Source of the DNA: Paragordius varius
Taxonomy: Eukaryota > Animalia > Nematomorpha
DNA length: 64,000 nucleotides
NCBI GenBank assembly: GCA_964247055.1
Contig: OZ176059.1
Span: forward strand, 1,302,001 to 1,366,000
Direction: 5' to 3'
Every line of letters starts with the position of its first letter. Within the stretch, counting starts at the first letter, position 1. The notes beneath the pieces were generated by a model. The model searched no databases and was not told where the DNA came from. It saw only the letters and a program-made list of their open reading frames with translations. Shown here in pieces: positions 25,585 to 58,026 of the stretch. The position numbers were made by a program, and so were the translations under genes.

Positions 25585-25935
25585 ATACAAAAAATTTTAT
25601 TCGAAAACCACTTTTTTGTTTCAAAATAATTTTTTTCCAATTTAACAAAATTAATAACTTTTATGAAAAATTGTAAATAATAACCCAGAAAACATTATAT
25701 TTTTTTATTACATGTTAAATTCTTATAAATATCCAAAATAATATTAAGAAATTAATAGAGATATACGGTCTGGATTAAAAGTTGATATTGATTTAAAATT
25801 TATGTTAAATAATATAAAATAGGTTAAAAACGATAAAATATATAAATGATATACGATTTGATTGATAAAAGTTAAAAACAAAAAAGTCAAAGGACCAACT
25901 TGAAGTGTTCAAGGATTCTTGAAGTGCAAATGGTA
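25585..25935. mobile_element. MITE family B, truncated inverted copy
   Basis: Reverse complement of ~55831-56270, ending aaggattcttgaagtgcaaatggta. Confidence 0.75.
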
Positions 25936-26270
25936 TATTTTCAAATGCAATTATTGTTGGACACTCCTGATTTAAAGGCTCAAAAATATTTAAGTATAAG
26001 TTATTTTTCACGAATGAATTTAATTTACCCTAAAATCAAAAAAATTATATTAAATTCTATATGATGATTTTCAGTTATTTTTTTAATTTTGTGCCTTTTT
26101 GTCCCTCTTATATAAAAAGAGGGCGCTATAATTCAAAACTCAAATGATTATATTATACAAAGTAACGTATATTTTTAGCCAAAAACCCAAAAAATTTTGG
26201 TATTTTTACCTAAAGTCCCAGAAGGAAACAAACAATGAAAAGCGTTCCATCATACATATGCCCATACATA

Positions 26271-26527
26271 CAGTAAAAATGAAATTATACGGGGACAATC
26301 GTAACCCTATAAAGACAACCATATTTTTAAAAGTGAAATTAATCTTATTAAAATTATTTCATAACAATCGTAAAATATGTAATTGATTGTATGACCAAAA
26401 TACAACTTTGGTGTTTAAAACAATGAATTATATTTAAAAATTTAGAAAGTATGGTTGTATTTTAGAAAAAAATATTTGTCTTTATATTTTTACGTTCGTT
26501 TTGTCGGTATATTTTCAATTTTTACTG
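26271..26527. mobile_element. Tc1/mariner-like MITE, family C
   Basis: TA|CAGTAAAAATGAAATTATACGG...GGTATATTTTCAATTTTTACTG. Homologs at 28557-28824 and 52448-52745, with end fragments near 46823 and 49571. Confidence 0.75.
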
Positions 26528-27057
26528 CGTATGAAATACTTGGAGCATTTGATTCAAATCTGAATGGTTCTATGAGCATTTCGGAAAATTGTGTTGTTGA
26601 AGCCAACAATCCAATTTATATAAATTAGAGATTCGTTTTTTCGATATTGAAATATACTTTTTTGATAAAAAATTTTCAGAGCAATATTAGCAATATAGGC
26701 CAACAAAATCCTATTTCCACCTCCACGCGGTACTGGCTGGACTAGAAAATTCGCTAACGGTAAAGGCCAGTTTTTAATGAACTGTAATATTATTAGTTGT
26801 ACACAAGGGCATGGTGTTACGTTAAAAAATCGCGTATTTATTTCCGTGAATATCAAATGATAACCATTTTTAACATATTTTGTCTCCGTAATTTTTTGGT
26901 ACTAATAATTAAAATTTTTGGAAAAACCTGTTTTAATCCAATAAAATATTAATGTGATCGTTTACAAATACCGTGTAAATTTGCATTCACAACCCTTATT
27001 TTATTCTTATGAGCTAAATTAAAAATTATTTTTTTGTTGATTAAAAAAACAATTATA

Positions 27058-27338
27058 TACCATTTACAATTCAAATTCACCTTCTAACAATCAAAGTTAT
27101 CCCTTGACATTTCAATTTCACCCTTGATAAAATTCACCCTAAAAATAAATGTGTTTTCGGGCTAATATAACTCATTAATAAGATGTATATTATGGCATAG
27201 TTCATTATTTTTTCAGTAGTTAATTAATTTTAAACGAGATTTCATTTTTTAAAAATATATGTAATTTTTAACTTAAAACACAAATTATTTTAGGGTGAAT
27301 TTGAATTATTCTAGGGTGAATTTGAACTTTAAATAATA
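27058..27338. mobile_element. MITE family A, copy 4 (reverse orientation)
   Basis: taccatttacaattcaaattcacc...tagggtgaatttgaactttaaataata. Confidence 0.8.
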
Positions 27339-27902
27339 TATTTTGAATCCTAAAAATTAGTGGATCACAATATAATTTTATTAAAAACAAGCCTTATTTA
27401 AAATTCATTATTGTCCTACGATGTGTTTTCTTCAATCCATATAATTTCTTAATAAAAGACTAAATGTTGGGTAAAAAAACAACCCTAATAAATTGAATTG
27501 AATTACATAAATAACCGGTATAAGGATTTAATGTGTTGTTGAAGACAAGAGATTGGCTTAGTTAAACATTATCAAATATAAATAAATCAATGAAAAAAAC
27601 TCTTTGTTTTTCACTTCATCAATGTCCTTTAAATTTAGGTTTTGATTTAAGAAAAAACTTGAGAAAAGATATCAACTCATGCAAATATATGACATTTTTA
27701 TTTTTGATAAATATGCATTTTTATTATTATTGTATATAATTATAACAATACAAAATTAATATTATAAATAATACTGCAATATTATAACAAACCCCAAAGA
27801 TAAATTAAAAAAAACATAACAAGAAACGTTTTTTTCCTTCATTTAACAAAATATCGGTAATAAGAATTATATTGGAATTTCGGTTCTGGAAATATTTTTA
27901 AA

Positions 27903-33149
<5,247 letters not shown>

Positions 33150-33574
33150 GTGTGTGTAGTATGTTTAAATTAAAAAAAGGTGATCAAATATTGGTGGATG
33201 TATTGCTACCATTTGCAATATTATAAAAACATCCAGAGATTGTGTTATATAATTTTTATGTTGCCAAAGTTGTGGTTTCTTTGAAAATATTCCATCTACT
33301 TATTCTTTTTCAACCCCTTTTAAGTGGAATACTAACCTTTCCCAACATCAGAAACTTTTCAATGATTTAGATCTCATAATGTAGCCAAAAATTAGTTTAG
33401 TGTGGATTAAAATTCAATAAATCACATATACGATATTATATAACACTCCATTACTTTTTGATGTATAATAATCCAAAGCCATTTAAAATTTAGATATCTA
33501 ATATAAAATAGTAAAAAATCTTTTTCTCAGTCTCTTTTGTCGCCATTTTATTCTGTGAATGTTTTAAATTATAA

Positions 33575-34051
33575 CACTTTGATACACCACATTTATAGTC
33601 CTTCGATTTAAATTGAGGCAGTTGGATATCCCGCGTGTTTAAAATATAATACTTCGAAAAATATGTTTATGGCAAATGTGTGCACTTATATAACATTAAT
33701 TTACACAAATATAAAAAAATTAATTCAAAAATACTTGATATTACTTATTTAAAGGTAAAACCCAAAGGTAAAAATTTAGTTAACCTGCATGCTTGCTTAG
33801 ATATTATTTGAAAAAAAATTAACTTTATTATTAAAACGATATTTTGAAAATATGTTGTAAAATAAAAATGGCGGCAAAATTTGAGATGGTACTTTTTCTC
33901 AAATCTAAATTTTATTAAGATATTTCGGCAATTTTATATAATTTTTAGGATAATAGAAGGATAAATTTGAATTGGGACCGTTTCTTTCAGTAGTTTTTAA
34001 AATATCATATTATATATTGTCTGGAGTATTTCTCCGATTTGAAACGAAGTG
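33575..34051. mobile_element. piggyBac-like MITE P1, copy 2 (opposite orientation to copy 1)
   Basis: ATAA|cactttgatacacc...tagtccttcgatttaaattgaggcagttggatatccc ... ccgatttgaaacgaagtg|TTAT. Confidence 0.75.
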
Positions 34052-34103
34052 TTATTGTAACAGAAATGCATGTAGTTTCAAAAATGTATATAATTAACTT
34101 TAA

Positions 34104-34739
34104 CACTTCGATGCAAATTGGGCTATGTCCTAATTTATAATTATTAGCTTCTATCCTAATAAAAATTAGATAAAACAGCCGAAATATCTAAATAAAATTT
34201 GGCTTGGAAAAAACAGTTCCATATCAAACTACTTGGACGCCATTTTTGTTATACAACATCGCAAAATATGTGTTTATTTGATTTTTAAGTTGAAATCAAA
34301 GCTAATTTTTCATAGAAATCACATCTAACATTGATAGAAACAGAGAAAGGGGCTTATTTTGTAATTTTTTAAATTTGGCTAATGCGCACATGTAATTTTG
34401 ACCAAATTTTAACCTTGAAATTTAACCTAAAAATAATAATTAATAACAAGTATTATTGAATGAAATTTCATATATATTACGGATTAATGTTAAAGTGCAA
34501 ATATTTGCCATGGTTTCAATTTATTCCATATTTTTTGAATTATTTAACCTAAATATAATAATTAATAACAAGTATTATTGAAAGAAATTTCATATATATT
34601 ACGGATTAATGTTAATGTACAAATATTTGCCAGGTTTCAATTTATTCCATATTTTTTGAATTATTTAATTTTAAACAGCCTGGGGCATCCAACTACCTTA
34701 ATTTGAAATGAAGGACTGATATGAATATGTATCCAAGTG
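34104..34739. mobile_element. piggyBac-like MITE P1, copy 3, intact TTAA TSDs, internal ~120-bp tandem duplication
   Basis: TTAA|cacttcgatgcaaattggg ... aaggactgatatgaatatgtatccaagtg|TTAA. The segment aaccta..aataattaataacaagtattattgaa...ttccatattttttgaattattt is repeated at ~34425-34545 and ~34546-34665. Confidence 0.85.
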
Positions 34740-35159
34740 TTAAGAACTACACACTACATTTTACCGGTAAAAACTTGATATATTTTGATTTTAATATCAG
34801 CTATTGGTTTCAATTGGGAGTTGGCTCAATTTTCTAACTCTAGAAAAGAAAACACTGCAAAAAATATTAGTTCTTTAATTAATACGGGAACAATGTTTGA
34901 TAATTAATTTTAACTAATATAATTACTAATAGTTTACGAAATTGAGCTCAAAAATAAAACTACACTAAAATGTAAAGGAAAAAAAATGAGAAAGGTAGTG
35001 AATTAAAATTGTGTTTTTTATTTTGTCTTGTATAAATGCAAAATAAATCCAACTATATCAAAAAATATTTTAAATTTACATTTAAGGCTTCTAGACTAAA
35101 ATTTACCTTTAATAAGGATATTCATTTGCTTTATATAATATTTATGAGTTCCTTACCTT

Positions 35160-35700
35160 TTAACTTTTTGTCCTAGTTTATCTTTTGGGGTAGTTTCATA
35201 TCCCGTAGTTCAATGCAATACAGCTTTGAAAGTTATAAAATTTAACAGTATAAAAAAATATGTAAATAAGCCAAAGTATATAAATAAAATATAGTTTCGG
35301 AAAAAAGTTCCGTTTCAAACTTCTTGGCCATTTATATTTTACCACATTTTTGCAAAATATCGTGTTTATTTGATTCTAAGTCTATAATTTAGGTTCTTTC
35401 TTATCAAAATCACATTTAACATTATTATAAATAGAAAAAGTGGTTTATTTTGAAGTCTTTTAGATTTAGTTTATGCACATATGTCATATTGGCTAAATTT
35501 TTGCCTTTTACCTCCGAATAAGTAAAAGTATTTTTGCATGATTTTTTTATTATATTTCGGTTAATTAATGGTATGTAAGTGCAAACATTTGCCATTGTTA
35601 TTTATTCCATATTTTTTAAAATATTTAATTTTAAACAAGCTTGACGTATCTAACTACCCCAATTTGAATCGAAGGACTGAAATGAATGTGTTGTAAAGTG
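35160..35700. mobile_element. piggyBac-like MITE P1, copy 4 (degenerate left end)
   Basis: Right end taactaccccaatttgaatcgaaggactgaaatgaatgtgttgtaaagtg|CTAA. Interior is homologous to copy 1. Confidence 0.7.
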
Positions 35701-36074
35701 CTAAAAGGTTCGTTTTTGATATTTAAGTGACTTTTTTGTGAAACACAATTTATTTAAAAAATAAATGTAAAGATTTTTAAATTCTAGAGAAGTTTTTAGT
35801 CATCAAATCATACTTTATATTATTTAGAGACATGACGGAAATGGTATAGAAACTCTTCACGATATAATAAATTCCAATCATGTTCCAAAAAATCTCAATC
35901 ACCATTAAATTAATAACATTTATCTGTTAGAAAAAAACCATTTTAAGATTGTCTACAAGGCGCTAATTTGATGGCCCTGTAATTCATGGCACATTATTAT
36001 CAAAAAAATCCTATTTAGTTTTAAACTGCGCCATTACACAATGCACCCAAAAAATATCTCGATGAAATAATGGA

Positions 36075-36910
36075 TGGTTTTGTGGTAATAGGCCAATTTT
36101 GAAAAATCACAAAATTAGCTCACAATGCTAAATAAAACCTTTTTAGTGAAAACTAAATGCTTCATTCTAAAAAATGTCTTAAAGATATATAAACTATATT
36201 AAAAAAGTACTAAAAAATTTTATCCGCAGGCTCCAAAAACCGCAAATTTTTTGATCCCCTAAAATTAATTTGATTTTTTAAAAATAGGCAAAAATGCCAA
36301 ATCGCGATATAATAATGACACTTGCTAGATTATGATATCAAAAAAATTTAAATGTTGGCTAAATTTTTAAACGTACTTTCGGGCATTTAACTTTAAATAT
36401 TATTATATAACTTTCCATATATCAATTTATGAAGCTGACATTTTTCTGACCTAATTTTGAAACAATGTAATTTGCTTTCAAACAAAAAATTATTTTACAA
36501 TTTATTTACAAGAGTTAGATGACATAAAATATTAAGAGGGTATATATGTTCATCATCATTGTTATATAAAATGTATTTTTGCCATGTTTTAGATATTTTA
36601 TACGTTTCAATGCTTTAAATACCATGAAGTAGGCTTCAAAATTCGCTTAAAATAAAATTTTAGGAAAAGAATCGTTTAAAAAAAATTGTTTTTTGTTGTC
36701 ATATAGATGGTAAAAATATTTTGCGCCACTTGGATTTTTTGTTTTTTTGAAAAAACTGCCCATTTTGAGGATCGAAATTTGCTATGTTTTAAGTCTAGTT
36801 AAAAAATTTAAGAGTAATATAAATATGGTTTTGCTTTTTAAATATATATGATTTATTTTAGAATATTTTTGGGGCCGCTTGTAGCATTGAGCTATTACCA
36901 CAAAAGTGTA
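36075..36910. repeat. Old imperfect inverted repeat (~850 bp), probable decayed fold-back element
   Basis: ttttgtggtaatag...agctcacaatgcta vs tagcattgagctattaccacaaaa, and gcaaatttt..gatcccctaaaat vs attttgaggatcgaaatttgc. Confidence 0.45.
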
Positions 36911-37204
36911 TAGAAGCTTTTTAATTAATAAGGTCCATAATAACAGACATCAGTTAAGTCTGATAATTTTTTCCATCAGAATATGAAAAATTTATCAAGA
37001 TATTTTTTTATCACCCGCAGATTTTAAGTAAGTGATCGACTAATAAAGTGTAATATAATTTATTTTGGATATAATATAAAATTCAATCTGTTTTGTCCTA
37101 GTTGACATTTGGGGAGGTTATATGCCCCAGGATTCAATCTCCTGTATTGAAAGCTCTTTTAGTTAAAATTAAATCATGAAACATTGTTCTCTAGTAAATA
37201 AAAG

Positions 37205-37560
37205 AGCTTATAAAGTTTATTTTGTGACTTCTAGAGTCTAAAATCGGGAAAGCTCCAAAACACGATTGCTGATATTAATATCAAAATATATCATGTTTTT
37301 GCTATAATGTAACCTGAAACCTTTTTAAAATTCATCGCATTTCCTTATCTTAAATACATTTATTTCCTATTACAACTTATAGAATAAATGGCAGCGAAAA
37401 AGTTTTAGATTAGTTATCAATTTTACATTTCTTTAAAAAATTTGTAATGCGCCTAAGCCAAAGAAAGCATGTTTTAACTTCGGATAAATACCCTAAATAC
37501 TTTTTAAGATATTCAAATTTCAAATGTCTGAATAATACTGCCCCAAAAGGTCATGCAGTG
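37205..37560. mobile_element. piggyBac-like MITE P2, partial copy
   Basis: Colinear with 10830-11204 (tgac..ctagagtc.aaaat...agctccaaaac, aaatggc.gc.aaaaagttt). Ends aaaggtcatgcagtg|TTAA. Confidence 0.6.
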
Positions 37561-37960
37561 TTAAAAACATAAAAATTTGTATAACCTTAGATGGCGAAAT
37601 CTAAAAAAAAATATTGAATTACATTTAAGAAATTAAAATTTACAATTAAATTTATTATTATTTAACTACATTCACGAGTATTAATATAGGCCAGACAAAA
37701 TTAGATATGGCAAATAAAAATGTGTTTCGGATTCATTCACTTGACTCTCTAATCGTTCTTGATGTAAATTTTATTTTGCATTCTATAAAGCAAAAGTGGT
37801 ATATAATTAAAATTTATAAAATTAATATATCCAAATTTTAATTTTTGTATAATTTTTTATCTTATTAACAATCATAAACGGTTTTAAGATATTTTGGTTT
37901 TAAAATCTAACCTTATATTAATAACTCTTGATAATTTTATATAGAATCATCAAAAATAAA

Positions 37961-53444
<15,484 letters not shown>

Positions 53445-55261
53445 CATTTCTGTAAGAGCATATTATAATGAAATAATCTGGAAACATGATTGGCTTAAAG
53501 CATTCAAATAATTTTACCAGCTCATATCATTACACTGTGGCTACGTAATCGGATTTAAATATGTGAATTTTTAAAAAAACCTCTACATTTGTTATAATTT
53601 TGAATATTTGATAAAAATGTTAATTATTTTATTATTATGTAATATCGTTAAATTTCGATTGTTAATGCATTAATTTGTAGATTAAATATGCCAAAATTTA
53701 TTCTTAAAGTTGATATGGTTCTTGTATATCAGCATTTTTTTAGCCCCGACTCTCTTTAATTATATTATACTTTTTGTCATAAACACATTTTCTATAATTG
53801 ATTATCCTTCAAAATTGATTTTATCAAATAAAAAAAAGATTTTTATACAATCAATACGCAAACAAACTGCCCAAAGTTGCAGTTTATTTGAAGTATAGCG
53901 CATTTTTATTTTTGAAACTCATTCATTCTATAATCTATTTTAACCTTATTATTATCTCCAACATGTATATTAAATTACACTATTTATATCTACCATTAAG
54001 CCATTTTTTGTTATTCATATTGTTTTTTATTTCATTTTGAATTCCAATTGTCATATACATAATCTACATGTTTTACTAATTATACATTAGACAAAATTCT
54101 AAAAATTTGTAATAAGATTCTTATATCAGTTAAGTTAATATCCTTTATATCAAAAAAAGTAAAATAGTTTTATGTGCATTCAATAATATTTTTTTGCACT
54201 TACAACACACATATTTACATATATCACTATAATTGTATTGATAATATAATTATATTGTTTGTTTTGGAGTTGAATAAATATTAAATTTAAATAGGTTTAG
54301 GCTGTATATCTATATAATTTTACTGTAATTTCGCTTAATGTTGATATTTCATTGTTACCAATTTTGGTAAAATTTGGATTTCTTTATTTGGGAAACCAAA
54401 TTTTTAAAGAAAAAGACGAAGAGTGCCTTTCAAATAGGCTATATTCCTGAGAAGCTTGGCATGAACGACAGTAATCAGTGGTATTCAAAAAAGTCCTATT
54501 AATGACTCTGTTTTAATTTATTTATTTTTTGTGTAAAGATCTGCAAATGTGTTAAACAGCTAGAATTATTATCGATATTACATAGTGGGTGGCCCTTGAG
54601 ACAAGATAAGTAATTTTTGCGGCCCTTTAAGAATTTTTTCTGAATACCATTAGTGTTAAAAAAATTAGTATTGTGAGATTTGCATTATATCGTATGTATA
54701 TATTTCACTACTTTCCGGGTATTATAATTTTATAGAAACATATCTAGAAGCGCTACTGTTAAACATATTTTGACAAGCTTTTTAAGATACTTATATTATT
54801 AGAGTTAATTTTAATGTTCTATACCTTTTTGATAATTTTAACATCTTTAACATTAGTAAAACCAAAAGAGCTAAAAAACTATTACAAATTCGGTTATTAA
54901 TGTCTCTTTTCATATAAAAATATAAAAAAAAATTGTGGTACAGCTTTAAAAGATGTCGTATTTTTTTACTTGTATGGCGTATGACCATTCAATTTTTCGG
55001 ACTCTAGATGCATCAACTCATTTATCCCAAAATCGAAATGACCCCTAAATTTTACGCACTATGTGCATATGAATTTTTTTTAAATAGGTAGGAATGGCAT
55101 GTGAATTCGATTGCGGTGTAACCCACAAGGAAATTAAATGAAAAAACTAAAATACGTCGATGCAAAATCATAGAAAATAAGAGATTAGTGTTTTCAATCA
55201 TATTTTTTTGCTTAATGTTTCCCACCAGTTTGGGTGTTGAGTAAGAAATAGGGGCATTAGG

Positions 55262-55299
<38 letters not shown>

Positions 55300-55830
55300 T
55301 TTTTAGGCTTCCGATAATCATTACAGATATATTACTTTTGAGGGTTATTTCATAAACAGCTTGGCTCATTTTAATAATGATTATTAAGAATAAGTTTATT
55401 TAATTTATAAACAAATTGAGTCTTCATGAAACCAGGGACTAAATTCAACAATACGATGATGTATATATAGTGATTAACTGTCGAATTCATAAATTGGCTC
55501 GTTCATGTATCATGGCATATATGTAATGTTTGCATTTATAACTGTTTATTAGTTTACAAAATTCTGTACATTGGAGCTCGGTTTTTTATTAATTCTTAAA
55601 CTTTTAAAACCGCGGTTATAATACCACTGATCGTGGTTCTGGTTTAATTGAAAATGTAGCCTAAATAAAATTATAGAGAATTACAATCAAATACAAAAAA
55701 CGTACTGATAATAAATATATTCTGGTATTTCGATCATTAAGCCTAGTAGTTAATTTTCCATATGTAACCAAAATTACAAAAACCAAATTTCACGCACTAT
55801 GATACATTGACACAGTAATCAATGTACATA

Positions 55831-56443
55831 TACCATTTGCACTTGAAGAGTGTCTTTGAACACTTCTACGATCCTTGAACACTTTAAATTGATCCTTGAA
55901 CATTTCAAGTTGGTTGAACACTTCAAGTTTGTCCTTGAATATTTCAAGTTGTTCCTTTGACTTTTTGTTTGGTTTTTAACTTTTATCAATCAAATCGTAT
56001 ATCATTCATCATATTTTCTAGTTTTTACCTATTTTCTATTTATTGCATAAATTTTAAAACAATATCAAGTTTTAATAATTAAGAAACCGTATATATTTTT
56101 TAATTTCTTAAAATTATTTTGAATCTTTATAGAATTTTAACATGTATTTAAAAATATGTTTTCCGGGTTAATATTTACAATTTTTCTTGAAAACATCTAA
56201 AAGTTGAATTTTGTTAATTTGGAAAAAAATTAGTTTGCAACAAAAAAGTGGTTTTCGATTAAAAATTTTATTTTTGAATAAATATTAAATTAATAAAGAA
56301 AATGAGGTGAAAAATAATAAAATACATTTAAAAATTATGATTATTAAAATTTAAAATTAAGGACTTCTTGAGTGTTTAAGGACCAACTTGAAATGCAGAC
56401 CAATTTAAAGTATTCAAGGACACTCTTGGAGTGCAAATGGTTA
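55831..56443. mobile_element. MITE family B (TACCATTTGCAC ends, tandem 20-mer subterminal repeats)
   Basis: taccatttgcacttgaagagtgtctttgaacac, followed by ~5 ccttgaaca.ttcaagtt units. Right end ttcaaggacactcttggagtgcaaatggtta. Confidence 0.8.
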
Positions 56444-58026
56444 TATACCAACCATTGTAAAAAAAACTTATCTGCTTTCAAAACATTTTCCTTTTTTGCC
56501 CCAAATGCAAACTGATAGGAATTTCATTGTTAATAAGAATGTCTTTGGTAAAATTTTATTACAACAAAAAATATTATAATAAAGTAATGATAGAAGTTAG
56601 TTGTTTATAAAATACACACACTTATAAATTATGGATAAAAATGAAAAAAATATCATTGTTCATGGAAAATTTTCTGAAATAAATATATAAAAAAATTAAA
56701 AGGAAAATGGGTGATATATGCAATAAAGTAATGGATTAACAATATATAATAATAAAATTTATGAATAATTCAAAAATATTAGGGCTTTCTAAATTTTAAA
56801 CTAAAAATGAAAAATAAATTGATATAATATTGAAATTATTAATATTATAAGCAATGAGTTATAGATAACAAACAGGTTAATTATATTATTAAATGGGTTT
56901 ATTAAATGGGTTAAAAATATATTGTAATTATTATTTTATATATTATATATGTGCTTGCTTGTTTATAAAAAAATGGATAGATGCAGGTGTCAACTAATAA
57001 TTTAGAACATACATTTAATTTTGAATAAATAATACAAAGTAATCAACCAAGAAACAGCGTGTAAAAGATTCCAATTTCTATGGCAATATAGAAAAAGGAC
57101 ATTGTGGTACAACAAAAATAGTAGAGTTGCGACTTTGGATAACATCCTTCATAATGGATAACAAATAGGATTGATTAGCTTTAAGCTCAATATTCATGAC
57201 ATTAACAAATAGCATTAAAATTACATATCCTGATTTATCCCGTTATACTTACTCAACATAAAGTAACTATTGAAACGTGACATTAAAAAATTTCCACATA
57301 AGCGTATATGTACAGGCCAAAAAAACAAAAAGTATATTTTGTATCAATTCCACTCCCAACACTAAAATGCTTGTTTAATTATTATCATTACATACATAAG
57401 ATAAGTTAAAAAGGTTAAATGCTCATGTATAAAAATTATCATATAATTTAACGTTTATGATTTGAATCCAAATTTAGCGCCTGCTAATAGCCAAATCGAA
57501 TGTGATATAAATAATCGTATCAATGAAAAAGTCAAATTAAAATATATAGTTCAAAACAAACGGTATCATGAGATAAAATATATTTTTTAGTCGTGCAACA
57601 GCCTAATCGCATAAAAATTGGCCTACAATATGTAATAAGGGCACAACAGCTTTAATCATGATTTCCTTTTTCTTTTAGGAGGAAATATTGTAGTGCTGAC
57701 AAATGAAATATAAAATAATTGAACGAGCTTTTCGCCTTACACCCTCAAAAGATGGATCTCATATATATGCAACATTTTATAATTTTGTGAATTCCATTTA
57801 AAAATGTTTAGCGTCAATAACCCGAACTAAACCAATACGCTTCTATAATTTCCATATATAAATTAAAAATAAAAAAATTATGTGATAAATCTACTTATGT
57901 GAATAAAAATAGAAGTGGTGAATGAGAGGGTTAATGTGTATCTTTATGTAATTAAATTAAAATAAAAGGGAAGTGGTGGGGTGTTTAGAGGTTCTCATAA
58001 ACACATAGGATATTTTGTGTTATAAA

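Noticed and set aside
26554-26856. 100-aa minus-strand ORF in a slightly GC-richer patch between CHPF and ETFA
   Set aside because: No recognisable domain or splice context. It may be a TE remnant, but I cannot support a call.
55850-55960. Regular ~20-bp repeats resembling a CRISPR array (also in family A MITEs)
   Set aside because: No unique spacers, no cas genes and a eukaryotic context. They are subterminal repeats inside TIR elements.
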